Source of the DNA: Bdellovibrionales bacterium
GTDB taxonomy: Bacteria > Bdellovibrionota > UBA1018 > CAIMNF01
Length of the DNA stretch: 34,988 nt
Direction of reading: 5' to 3'
NCBI GenBank assembly: GCA_947457605.1
Contig: CANGWP010000001.1
Location: 1 to 34,988, forward strand
Shown in pieces: positions 16,499 to 25,536 of the stretch. Made by a program: the position numbers and the translations under genes. How positions within the stretch are numbered: the stretch's first letter is position 1; every line of letters starts with the position of its first letter. The notes below the pieces were generated by a model. That model did no database searches and had not been told where the DNA came from. It saw nothing but the letters and a program-made list of their open reading frames with translations.

Positions 16499-17705
16499 AA
16501 ACAGCCTTCCTCTCGGAAGCCGGAGTCTCCACCCTCCATTCAGCTTGAAACCTGTGATTGATTCCCTTTTTGAAATTCAATTCACTGGATTCGAATCGAT
16601 CCGATCTTCGACACAAGGGTGCCGTGAAAAATCGTTTGCGCACCGAAGTCTGGGTGGGTACCGCAGACCACACCTCTCCGGATTCTGCTTTAGGCAGATT
16701 TGATTCCTCAAACGCACCAACCAAATCAAGATAAGTCTTGGGGAAAAAATGCGAAAATGGTGGAACGGAAACGCAGGAAGCCGCGTTTTCAGAATTCAGC
16801 TCGCTCATGCAACGGGTCTGGGTGCCGATTCCCACCAACCCGTATGACTCATCCAGCAAATGCTCCCGGAGTTCCTGCTCCAAATCAGGATCCTGCTTCA
16901 GGGTGAGATACCCCTGGACAATCCCTGCAAGCTCTCCATCTTCATTCAGAATCGGCGCTCCTGAATTGCCTGCCTGAATGTTGCAGTCTCCAAAGGTCAT
17001 GAGGGGAGAATCCATGGAATTCAAAAGCGGATACAGAAACGTGGCATGGCTTGCAGAACACGGAAGAAAATTCTGAGTTCCACCGTATCCGGCCGCTCCA
17101 CCTTGATCCATCTGAACCCTGAGGATACGTGCGCCCTCACGATCCCGGAACCCGCGCCTGGCGATTCGAACCGGTTTTCGATCCGTGAGGGAACGATCAA
17201 GCTTGATGATCGCGTAATCCTGACTGTTGATTCCGCTTTCACCCGAGCGGAACTCGATCTCAAAACAACCAGCATGCTGGGCTGAGCGTTGTTCATCACC
17301 GGAAAAATGGGCGAACACAGATCCTTTGCACGGAAGTTTTCTGTTTCGCGTATTCCATCCGATCAAAGAGAGACTTTTGTTCACGCAGTGATCATTGGTC
17401 AACACCCGATCCTCCGAAATCAAAACTCCGGAACACCTCTCCAACCCCTCATCCGTAGCAACCGCAATCAAAGCGACAGCCGGATCACACTCGCCCTCAA
17501 TGGTGCAATGAAGGGAGGCGGAACGGGCCGCGGCTCTTGCTTTGATTCTTCGCTCAGACTTCTCTCCAGAAAGCCGATCCATTTGATCCGGATGGGTGCC
17601 TCGAGCGAAATCCGTATTTCTGGGGCCGCACGAGCTAGCCCCGATCAGGGCGATCGCGACCCAAAAAACGAGAAAAACTGCTTTTTTCAGGCCCGTTTTT
17701 TCCAC
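16413..17705 (-). CDS. Secreted trypsin-like (S1) serine protease
   Basis: It has a GTG start and a signal peptide. The catalytic triad motifs are VLTNDHCV (His), DYAIIKLD (Asp) and GNSGAPILNEDGELAGIVQG (Ser). Its 3' end overlaps nth by 86 nt on the opposite strand. Confidence 0.85.
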   Translation of the reverse strand: MEKTGLKKAVFLVFWVAIALIGASSCGPRNTDFARGTHPDQMDRLSGEKSERRIKARAAARSASLHCTIEGECDPAVALIAVATDEGLERCSGVLISEDRVLTNDHCVNKSLSLIGWNTRNRKLPCKGSVFAHFSGDEQRSAQHAGCFEIEFRSGESGINSQDYAIIKLDRSLTDRKPVRIARRGFRDREGARILRVQMDQGGAAGYGGTQNFLPCSASHATFLYPLLNSMDSPLMTFGDCNIQAGNSGAPILNEDGELAGIVQGYLTLKQDPDLEQELREHLLDESYGLVGIGTQTRCMSELNSENAASCVSVPPFSHFFPKTYLDLVGAFEESNLPKAESGEVWSAVPTQTSVRKRFFTAPLCRRSDRFESSELNFKKGINHRFQAEWRVETPASERKAVFTLKESPFSGGSSFVSPDGTLLEVPACR

Positions 17706-17820
17706 GAGTGATTCGGTATCACGAAAAAAATTAAATTAAAAGCATTTATTAAATAAATACTTTCAGTTTAGAATGAAAAGCAGCTCGAGGGGAATTTTCC
17801 AGGGCGTTTTTATCAGGTTT

Positions 17821-18789
17821 TCATACTGATTCATCGTGCCGGACCCCCGGGATCAGCGCACGCGTGCTGATCGGACCGAGGTTATGAAGACTCTGAACCG
17901 TTTTTACTTTGGGTTGATACCCGAAGGTTTTTCGAAACAGATCATCCGACAATATGGTGGGATACTTGAAGAACTCGAGCAAGTAAGGAGGAAACGGGAT
18001 CTTGCTCACCTCGGCGATCAACCGTACCAGGGAAGCCGTGATGATCGGGGGAACCGGAACTGCCATGGCTTGAGCATGGCGAATGGCGTGACTGAGCGCG
18101 ATGACACCCTCGCCTGCCACATTAAAAATTCCGGGTACGGGATTCTCGAGCGCAAGAATCAGGGCTCTGGCCAGATCCTTCTCATCAATGAATTGCATGA
18201 GCGGATCAAATCCGAAAACACGGGGACAAATTCCAGATCGGAGCAAGGAACAGATTGTATTCCGAACATGCTTTCCGATGACATTCGTGGGACGAAGAAT
18301 GGTGGTTCGAACCTCACGGACCTTCCACATGAAATGAGTTGCGGCATGATCCATTTCGACCGCATCCGAAAGTTCAGGAAAACTCTGGGATGCCCGCAGG
18401 GGCGCATCTTCAGCAATCACGAGCGGATTCAGTCGATGGGCACCGTACACGTGGTAGGTACTCAGGATGACAAGGTTCTTCACTCCGTTTGTCCGGCAAA
18501 GCTCGAGCAATTTCTGGGTACCGACCACGTTCATCTGAAAGCGGTACTGGGGCGAATATTTCTGGCTCTCGCGAATTCTTCCGAGGTGGAGTACCGCATC
18601 GAACTGATGCTTTTTAAAAACTTCATCCAGTTTGCGACTGTGATAATCGGCGATCATGAACTCGCCCGGAAAATGGGTCTCACTTGGACACGGCCTCGGA
18701 TCAACTCCCACCCATTCATATTTCGGAGAAAGCGCGCTCGCCACCAGACGCGCAATTGCTCCGGACGCCCCTGTCACCAGAACTTTCAT
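17821..18789 (-). CDS. NAD-dependent epimerase/dehydratase (extended SDR)
   Basis: MKVLVTGASGAIARLV is a Rossmann GxxGxxG-type motif. LSTYHVYG is present and the protein is 322 aa. Confidence 0.85.
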   Translation of the reverse strand: MKVLVTGASGAIARLVASALSPKYEWVGVDPRPCPSETHFPGEFMIADYHSRKLDEVFKKHQFDAVLHLGRIRESQKYSPQYRFQMNVVGTQKLLELCRTNGVKNLVILSTYHVYGAHRLNPLVIAEDAPLRASQSFPELSDAVEMDHAATHFMWKVREVRTTILRPTNVIGKHVRNTICSLLRSGICPRVFGFDPLMQFIDEKDLARALILALENPVPGIFNVAGEGVIALSHAIRHAQAMAVPVPPIITASLVRLIAEVSKIPFPPYLLEFFKYPTILSDDLFRKTFGYQPKVKTVQSLHNLGPISTRALIPGVRHDESV

Positions 18790-19703
18790 TTTGCTGCTCC
18801 CGTGAAAATATGCTCCCCGCGAATCTTGAGCCCCTCATTGATCTCGGACTGAAGGGTCTCCTTCACTCTTTGAACCTTTTCGCGAATTTTATCCTCGTCT
18901 TCCTTTGGATCGCCCTCAAAATAAAGCGGCTCTCCGAATCTCACCGTGACCTTGGAGGGAAGCGGAATCAATCCAAGCGGCCCGAGCAACGGGAAAAATG
19001 GCGTGATGGGAAAATACGGGGCGCCCAAGAGCTTTGCCAAAACCTCGAAGTTATAGACGCTCGGATATGTTTCTTCCGTTCCAATGATGGCCACAGGAAC
19101 AATCGGACTTTTGGTTTCCAGCGCAAGCCGCATGAACCCGGTTCCGAAACGCTGAAGTTGATAGCGGTCTTTGAAAAGCTTCCCGGATCCCCTCACCCCT
19201 TCCGGGAAAACAAGAACTGACTGATCATGCTCGAGAAGCTCCCGGCAATTCATCGGATCCCCGACCATTGCTCCAATCCGTGTGAACAAAGTACTCACAA
19301 ACGGTACCGTCGGAACCCATCTCTCCACCATGGCTCGAGCAATCCGAGGAGGCTCACCATCCATGAAAAGCGCGAGACCTGCCATCATGGCATCGAGCGG
19401 AATCTGACCACCGTGATTCCCGATAAAGAGCGCGCGCCCCTCGGGAACACGCCCGACTCCCGATGTCTCGACTCGAAAATACTTGTGATAAAGGAGGTAA
19501 AGGATTGGAGCAAACTTCCGGAGAGTCTCAGGATGGAGGCCCCAACGGTCAAAACCCGCCGAATTCAGCTCAACTTTCAGACGATTCAGTCGATCCTCAA
19601 GGCCGGGGACCTCGATCCACTCGAAGTGCTCCCACTTCTTGATCAAGTCCTTCAATTGGTCCAAATCCGTCTCCATGAGTGCGCGTTTAAAAATCATCTT
19701 CAA
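18786..19703 (-). CDS. Lysophospholipid/1-acylglycerol-3-phosphate acyltransferase family protein
   Basis: FIGNHGGQIPLD is an acyltransferase block I variant. VLVFPEGVRGSG is block III (FPEG), and PIVPVAIIG is block IV. Its stop overlaps the SDR start (4 nt). Confidence 0.85.
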   Translation of the reverse strand: MKMIFKRALMETDLDQLKDLIKKWEHFEWIEVPGLEDRLNRLKVELNSAGFDRWGLHPETLRKFAPILYLLYHKYFRVETSGVGRVPEGRALFIGNHGGQIPLDAMMAGLALFMDGEPPRIARAMVERWVPTVPFVSTLFTRIGAMVGDPMNCRELLEHDQSVLVFPEGVRGSGKLFKDRYQLQRFGTGFMRLALETKSPIVPVAIIGTEETYPSVYNFEVLAKLLGAPYFPITPFFPLLGPLGLIPLPSKVTVRFGEPLYFEGDPKEDEDKIREKVQRVKETLQSEINEGLKIRGEHIFTGAAK

Positions 19704-19766
19704 TCAAAGATGATAGCCCGTTTCCTTTGAAAGAGATAGCATGGCGGCAATTTGCCGGAAAGATTT

Positions 19767-21170
19767 TCAGGCGGCTTTTCTTTGACTGAGCCACTGGATC
19801 AGTTTTGATGCGATCTCACTCAGCGGAAGAACCTCGTTTGCGGCACCAAGACGGATCGCCTCTCTCGGCATCCCGAAGACCGCGCAAGAAGCCTCATCTT
19901 GCGCAATGGTGCGGGCTCCCGCGGTTTTGAGCTTGTGCAATCCTTTTGCACCATCAGCACCCATCCCGGTCAGGATTACCCCAATGCAATTTCCGCCACA
20001 GGTTTCTACCACCGAATCAAAGAGATAATCCACTGACGGTTTGTGCCGATTCACCGGCGGAGAATCATCAATCACAATGAACGTTCTTCCATCCGTACGT
20101 TTGCGAATCTGCATTTGTCGTCCTCCGGGCGCAATAAAAACCCTCCCCGGAAGGACCTCCATGCCGTGTTCGGCCTCCAACACCTCAAAAGGACAAAGGG
20201 AATTCATCCGATCAGCAAAGGCTTTTGAAAAGACTGCGGGAATGTGTTGCGTGATGACAATGGGCGGAATCGAGGCAGGAAGTTCCGTCAAAACCTTTCG
20301 AAGCGCCTCGGTTCCACCTGTGGAAGACCCAATGGCAATCAAGCAATTTGGATCAAGTCGTCCCGCGAAGACACCCGGAGGGGATTTTTTACCTCCTGTC
20401 ACCACGGCTACCGGACCAGGCGCCCGAATCGTCGTAACCTTCGCACTTGCAGCGGCCTTGATTTTTTCAACGATCACAGGTGCGGCTTCCGAAAGCTCGG
20501 ATGCACTCGGTTTTTGAACATAATCGACCGCCCCAGCCTCGAGAGCCTGAAGCACTCTTGATCCTTCCTCCAGGCCGATCGAGGTTATCATGACCGTTGG
20601 CACAGGATGGTGTGGGAAATACTGCTTCAAAAAGGTGAGACCATCCACTTCCGGCATTTCAAGATCCAAGGTGATGACATCCGGCTTTAACTTTTGAATC
20701 ATCGGAAGAGCACTGGAAGGACGATCCGCCGTTCCCACCACCTCGATTTGGGGATCCTCGCTCATGATTTTCGCAAGCAGGTTTCGAATGGTTTTGGAAT
20801 CATCGACGATCAAAGCTTTGATCTTCCTGGTAACGTGGATTTTGCAATCCTTTGGGAAAAACTTGACCTCAAAAGTCCCCTCTCTCACTGCCTGATTCAA
20901 AACCCGGTAGCGATGTTCCAGAAGAAAGGCGGAAATTTTTTTCGTGAGTTTTTCGGTACCAACCATTTTAAAGCCAACCGGCGTACCCACCTCGCCCTTC
21001 AGGAGTTCAAACCCGGCCTCAAGGTCTCCCTCATGAAACCATCTGGCACTGATCCAGACCGCAGCCGATGACTTGACTCCTTGTGAAACCCAAAGCACCC
21101 CGTCAAACAGGACTACCTTTTCGTGTTCCGGATGATTTGCGGAGAAAACTTTGAGGTGTTTGATCTCCAT
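19767..21170 (-). CDS. cheB: Chemotaxis response-regulator methylesterase CheB with an additional ~115-aa N-terminal domain
   Basis: The REC domain has KALIVDDSKTIRNL...VITLDLEMPEVDG...DYVQKP. The esterase domain has an intact triad context (IAIGSSTGGTEAL, VITQHIPAVFS, ILTGMGADGAKG). Residues 1-115 precede the REC domain and are not part of a normal CheB. Confidence 0.9.
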   Translation of the reverse strand: MEIKHLKVFSANHPEHEKVVLFDGVLWVSQGVKSSAAVWISARWFHEGDLEAGFELLKGEVGTPVGFKMVGTEKLTKKISAFLLEHRYRVLNQAVREGTFEVKFFPKDCKIHVTRKIKALIVDDSKTIRNLLAKIMSEDPQIEVVGTADRPSSALPMIQKLKPDVITLDLEMPEVDGLTFLKQYFPHHPVPTVMITSIGLEEGSRVLQALEAGAVDYVQKPSASELSEAAPVIVEKIKAAASAKVTTIRAPGPVAVVTGGKKSPPGVFAGRLDPNCLIAIGSSTGGTEALRKVLTELPASIPPIVITQHIPAVFSKAFADRMNSLCPFEVLEAEHGMEVLPGRVFIAPGGRQMQIRKRTDGRTFIVIDDSPPVNRHKPSVDYLFDSVVETCGGNCIGVILTGMGADGAKGLHKLKTAGARTIAQDEASCAVFGMPREAIRLGAANEVLPLSEIASKLIQWLSQRKAA

Positions 21171-21173
21171 GGT

Positions 21174-23018
21174 TCAATTCTTTCCGAAGAATTCCGTTCC
21201 GATGAAGGCGAAACTTGTATAGGGGAAAACATCCGTTGCATAGAGCTGCAGACTTTCAGTCCCTTTTCCCTCTCCCAAGTCCTCAAGAAGAAGCTGGCTG
21301 AAATGCCAACCTTTGAGATGTTGAGATGCGGTTTTGCCAAGCTCGCCAAAAACCCCGACTCCAATCCGGTCGGGCCCATGAAGAGCCGGCAATACGGAGA
21401 GCGCCTTGTGGTAGTCCAGCACCAGAATCTCTCCGGGCTTGGCCTTTACCGCAACGGTTTCCGGGGCAAGAACCTTCCGCCCCGTTGCTTTCGACAACTG
21501 TTCCGCAATGGCGGGAAGATTTCCCTCCACTCCCTCGAACAGAAGATAGACCGGGGGTTGCACTCCCTCCAACTCCCGAAGAAAAGACACGGTCTTCTTC
21601 ATGTGCCCCATGCCCGTGACCAGAACTCTCGCCTTGTTCTCCGGGTTCTTGATCTCAAGAGCCTTCTTGAACTGGGAATCGAGCTCAACCCGTTTCGGAG
21701 CCCCCATTCTCTTCAAGAGAATTGCCGATTTTAGCTTGGCCCGGATTTCTTCGCCTCTCTCCTGCAACTTGTTAAGTGCCGGTTTTTCAATGAAATCGGA
21801 AGCCCCAAGCTCGAGAGTCTTCATTGCAAGATCAGACTGATCCCTTGAAACCGAACTCACGATGACCACGGGAGGATGGCTTGAGGAAAAGTTCTTCTCC
21901 AGATACTCGACTCCATTTTGCTCAGGCATATGGATGTCGAGTGTCACGACATCCACATTCTGCAGGGTCTTCAATTTTTCCGCCGCTTCAAGACCGTTCA
22001 CAGCACTGCCGACTATTTCAAAACCCTGTTCCCGCTTCAGAATCTGCTTGAAAAGAGAATGAACACTTGGAGAATCGTCGACACAAAAAACTCGAACGGG
22101 TCTCGGCTCTCCGGACGAGACCGGGCCACCTTCACGAATCGGAATCACGGGTGCCGGTTGCGATGCTTTTTCACGTATCTTATAGATCGAGGGACCTTCA
22201 CTCTTCAGGTCAAATCCAAGTCCGTTCAGTGTCTCCGAGATGCCGATGAAAAAGTAGCCATTGGGTTCCAGGTGTCTCAATAACATCGCAGTGCTGGTGC
22301 GAATCTGATCCGGGGTGAAGTAAATGAACACGTTCCGGCAAAAAATGATGTCGAATTTCTGCCCTTCAAAATGTTCCTTTAGATCCAAAAGATTCGCCTG
22401 CTCAAAGCGGACACACTCGCGAAGCGGTCCCTTGGCTTTCACAAATTCGGAAATGTCCCCCGTTCCCCTCGCCCAATGATCTCCAAGATATGCCAAAGGC
22501 ACTTCACGGATCTCCCGTCTCGGGTACACACCGTTACGAGCAATTCGCACGGATTGCTCATCCACGTCTGTTCCGAGGATCCGGAACTTGAGATCAGATC
22601 CGTACGTCTGCAGGTGATACTTCAGGTACATGGCAAGAGAATAAACCTCCTGCCCACGGGACGCGGCAGCAGACCAAACATCGAGTGTCTTGTCCGCTCG
22701 TTTCCGGATTTCAGGGACCAACGCAGGCAGCGCCTTTTCGGCGATGAACTCGAAGTGACTGAATTCGCGGAAAAAATAGGTATAGTGGGTTGTCAGCAAT
22801 GAAACGATGTGTTGGATCTCGGATTTTTCATTGCTCTCGTAATATGCCTGATAGTCATCAATGGTCCGGTAACCAAGGTCCTGCACCCTTTTGTTCAAAC
22901 GAGTCTGAACCATTGCGCGTTGCTTATCACCAAGTTGAACTCCGGTCATCTTGGTCACTTCCAGTGCAAGATGCTCGCAGAGGTCCTGATATCTGAATTT
23001 TCTGGCTGCGGTACTCAT
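21174..23018 (-). CDS. cheR: CheR methyltransferase fused to a receiver domain and a degenerate CheB-like C-terminal domain
   Basis: CheR blocks are TTHYTYFFREFSHFEF, DVWSAAASRGQEVYSLAM and IFCRNVFIYF. The central REC has VFCVDDSPS...VVTLDIHMPEQNG...DFIEKP. The C-terminal ~190 aa is colinear with the CheB esterase but has TGMGHMK, LFEGVEG and VFGELGKTA at the Ser, His and Asp positions. Confidence 0.85.
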   Translation of the reverse strand: MSTAARKFRYQDLCEHLALEVTKMTGVQLGDKQRAMVQTRLNKRVQDLGYRTIDDYQAYYESNEKSEIQHIVSLLTTHYTYFFREFSHFEFIAEKALPALVPEIRKRADKTLDVWSAAASRGQEVYSLAMYLKYHLQTYGSDLKFRILGTDVDEQSVRIARNGVYPRREIREVPLAYLGDHWARGTGDISEFVKAKGPLRECVRFEQANLLDLKEHFEGQKFDIIFCRNVFIYFTPDQIRTSTAMLLRHLEPNGYFFIGISETLNGLGFDLKSEGPSIYKIREKASQPAPVIPIREGGPVSSGEPRPVRVFCVDDSPSVHSLFKQILKREQGFEIVGSAVNGLEAAEKLKTLQNVDVVTLDIHMPEQNGVEYLEKNFSSSHPPVVIVSSVSRDQSDLAMKTLELGASDFIEKPALNKLQERGEEIRAKLKSAILLKRMGAPKRVELDSQFKKALEIKNPENKARVLVTGMGHMKKTVSFLRELEGVQPPVYLLFEGVEGNLPAIAEQLSKATGRKVLAPETVAVKAKPGEILVLDYHKALSVLPALHGPDRIGVGVFGELGKTASQHLKGWHFSQLLLEDLGEGKGTESLQLYATDVFPYTSFAFIGTEFFGKN

Positions 23019-23026
23019 GGATTTTC

Positions 23027-23524
23027 CTATGCTGCGTTTTTCGTTCCGGTCTGTTGATTCCTTTTGATTGCATTCTGATCTTCAAGATTGAGACTCTTCG
23101 CAATATCGAGAAACAAAATGAGCTTTTTGTCCTTGCGATAGACTCCGGTGATGAAATCCGTGGCACGGGAGGATTGAATCTCGGGTTTTGGTGCGACTTC
23201 GTCAGGGTTCGGACTCAGCACGGTATTGACCGAATCAACAACCACCCCGATCGAAACTCCGCCAAGATCACAAATGATCACTGTCGTTTCTGCGTTTTTA
23301 TCCGCCTTCACTCCAAGCTTCTGCCGCATGTCCATCACGGAAATCACTTGCCCCCTCAGATTCATGATTCCAAGGAAATAAGGAGGCGTGTAGGGAACCG
23401 GGGTGTACTCCGGCATTGCAATCACCTCTCTCACTGCCAGGAGTGGAACCGCATACTCCTCGGATCCGAGAGAAAAACTCAAAAAACGCTCTCGAGCATT
23501 CATCGTAATGTTATTTGTTCCCAT
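23027..23524 (-). CDS. cheW: Chemotaxis coupling protein CheW
   Basis: The 165-aa protein has FLSFSLGSEEYAVPLLAVREVI...IMNLRGQVISVMDMRQKLG...IGVVVDSV, a canonical CheW fold pattern. Confidence 0.9.
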   Translation of the reverse strand: MGTNNITMNARERFLSFSLGSEEYAVPLLAVREVIAMPEYTPVPYTPPYFLGIMNLRGQVISVMDMRQKLGVKADKNAETTVIICDLGGVSIGVVVDSVNTVLSPNPDEVAPKPEIQSSRATDFITGVYRKDKKLILFLDIAKSLNLEDQNAIKRNQQTGTKNAA

Positions 23525-23525
23525 A

Positions 23526-25409
23526 TCAAGCCACTCCTCTTCCTTCCGGCTTCACCAGTTCATTCATTTCCAAAATAATTGCAGGCTTTCCATCCCCCAG
23601 GATTGCGCTTCCACTCATCCATCGCAATGCCCGGATCTCAGGCCCTACCTCTTTGATCACGACCTGCTGTTGTCCAAGAATGTCATCCACCATCACTGCA
23701 AAGGGACGGGAGGCATATCGGATCACCATCGCGATTTGCTCACGAGCCTGGCTTTCCTCGGACTTCTTTTGGCCCAGAAGCCTGCTCAAGCGGAAGAGGG
23801 GCAGATTCTCGCCCCTTAACAGGAGCATTTCTCCCATTCCTGTTGAAGCATGAATGTCATTTCCGGTCGGTCTGAGTGTTTCGTGAACATGGGAGAGCGG
23901 AACGACAAACCGGCTGTTCCCGTTCTTCACGACCATTCCGTCTATGATGGCAAGAGTCAATGGAAGGATCACTTTGAAGGTGGTTCCTTTTCCGAGCTCT
24001 GTCTCGACCAGAACCTCGCCCTGAAGAGCCTCGATATTGGTCTTCACCACATCCATTCCCACACCGCGACCTGACACCTCTGTCACCTGTGCCTTGGTTG
24101 AAAAACCGGGATGGAAAATCAGATGGATCGCCTGCTCACGAGTAAGCTTGGCATCCGGCTTTAAAATGCCCTTTTCAATCGCCTTTTGAACCAAACGATC
24201 GCCATCAATGCCGCCTCCATCATCTTTCACCTCAATCACGAGTTTCCCGCTCTGATGATATGCGTTCAGCATCACGTTTCCGGTTTCTCTCTTTCCAGCC
24301 TTGACTCTGGCTTCCGGACGCTCGATCCCATGATCACAGGCATTTCGAATCAAATGAACCAGTGGATCGCTGATGTTTTCCAGAACCGTTTTATCAAGTT
24401 CCGTGTCATCCCCCTGGGTGCTGAGCGCAACCCGCTTGTCGAGCATATTCGAAGTATCCCTCACGATTCTTTGCATTTTCTGAAAGGTCTGACGAAGGGG
24501 AACCATCCTCAAGCTCATGGAAATGTCCTGCACTTCTTTGGTGACCTTTCCCATTTGATGGATGGTTTTCCGGAGCAGATGCGATCCGCCACTCATGGAT
24601 TGCTCGCGAAGCACGGTCTGGAGGATCACAAGTTCCCCAACGGAATTGATCAGTTTCTCAAGTCGTGACAAGGACACCCGAATGGATTCATCCTGCATCG
24701 GCGCCGAAACAGGTTTCGATGCTTCCGGGCGCTTCAACTCAAAAACAGGAGCAGGCATTTCCTGAACTACAGGCTCAGGATCCGGAATCACGATGTTTTC
24801 CTCCTCTTTTGTCACCTCAAGAGCCGGGTTCGGAAGATCATCGAGCGAGTCATTGACAAGCTTAAGCAACTCCAACTCTTCCTTGCTCGGGGGAGGCTCC
24901 CCTTCGAATGCCCCGTGCACATCCTCGCCAGACTCGGGCTCGGTGGATTCGGAAACGAGATTCTCAATGCCCTCGAAAGAATGCGCTGACTCGGGAACGG
25001 GCACGGGAGGCTCCATCGACGCAGTTCCTGAGATCATGGAATCAAGCCGCTCTAGCAATTCAGAGCTGTCCACCCGGGCCTCAAGATCCTGCTTGAGTGC
25101 ATCCACCATCATTCGCACATGATCGTTGCAAAGGAGAAGGAGACTGATCACGGCCACTGTCACCGCAGTTTCTCCGTTTTTCAGTTTCAAAAGAAAACTC
25201 TCCCACTTGTGGGTGAAAAGACCGATGTCATCAAAGCCTACGGCTTTAGAGCTCCCTTTCAGGTTGTGGGCAATTCTAAAAATTTTATCGAGGGTGGGCC
25301 CATCCCCGGGATTCGACTCGAGCACAAGAAAGCACTGTTCAGCATCACTCAAGAGCTGACTTGCTTCTTCGAGAAATCCGACCTTTAACTCCCTTTCGAA
25401 ATCATCCAT
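23526..25409 (-). CDS. cheA: Chemotaxis histidine kinase CheA (Hpt - acidic/Pro-rich linker - dimerisation - HATPase - CheW-like)
   Basis: The Hpt domain has FRIAHNLKGSSKAVGF. The dimerisation region has IRVSLSRLEKLINSVGELVI. The ATPase has HLIRNACDHGIE, DDGGGID, GRGVGMDVV and the C-terminus has a CheW-like domain. A GAGGA RBS is present. No recognisable P2 domain is present; that region is acidic and proline-rich. Confidence 0.95.
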   Translation of the reverse strand: MDDFERELKVGFLEEASQLLSDAEQCFLVLESNPGDGPTLDKIFRIAHNLKGSSKAVGFDDIGLFTHKWESFLLKLKNGETAVTVAVISLLLLCNDHVRMMVDALKQDLEARVDSSELLERLDSMISGTASMEPPVPVPESAHSFEGIENLVSESTEPESGEDVHGAFEGEPPPSKEELELLKLVNDSLDDLPNPALEVTKEEENIVIPDPEPVVQEMPAPVFELKRPEASKPVSAPMQDESIRVSLSRLEKLINSVGELVILQTVLREQSMSGGSHLLRKTIHQMGKVTKEVQDISMSLRMVPLRQTFQKMQRIVRDTSNMLDKRVALSTQGDDTELDKTVLENISDPLVHLIRNACDHGIERPEARVKAGKRETGNVMLNAYHQSGKLVIEVKDDGGGIDGDRLVQKAIEKGILKPDAKLTREQAIHLIFHPGFSTKAQVTEVSGRGVGMDVVKTNIEALQGEVLVETELGKGTTFKVILPLTLAIIDGMVVKNGNSRFVVPLSHVHETLRPTGNDIHASTGMGEMLLLRGENLPLFRLSRLLGQKKSEESQAREQIAMVIRYASRPFAVMVDDILGQQQVVIKEVGPEIRALRWMSGSAILGDGKPAIILEMNELVKPEGRGVA

Positions 25410-25536
25410 GGTGCATCCTCGGATGACATTTCGGAACTAAAAGGAGCAAGCTTTAGCTATTCTTGTGGAATCAAAAAGGAATTCCAAATTGGGCGATTAA
25501 GGAATCCAAACACCCCGACGACGCAAGCCGTCTTGA

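Noticed and set aside
17836-18852. A 338-aa ORF on the plus strand
   Set aside because: It is entirely antisense to the well-supported SDR epimerase gene and part of the acyltransferase gene. It has no recognisable motifs and a composition typical of a shadow frame. Other long antisense ORFs were rejected for the same reason: 15072..15764, 21123..21734, 4680..5192, 23054..23578, 29296..29811, 32184..32696, 453..989 and 20041..20517.
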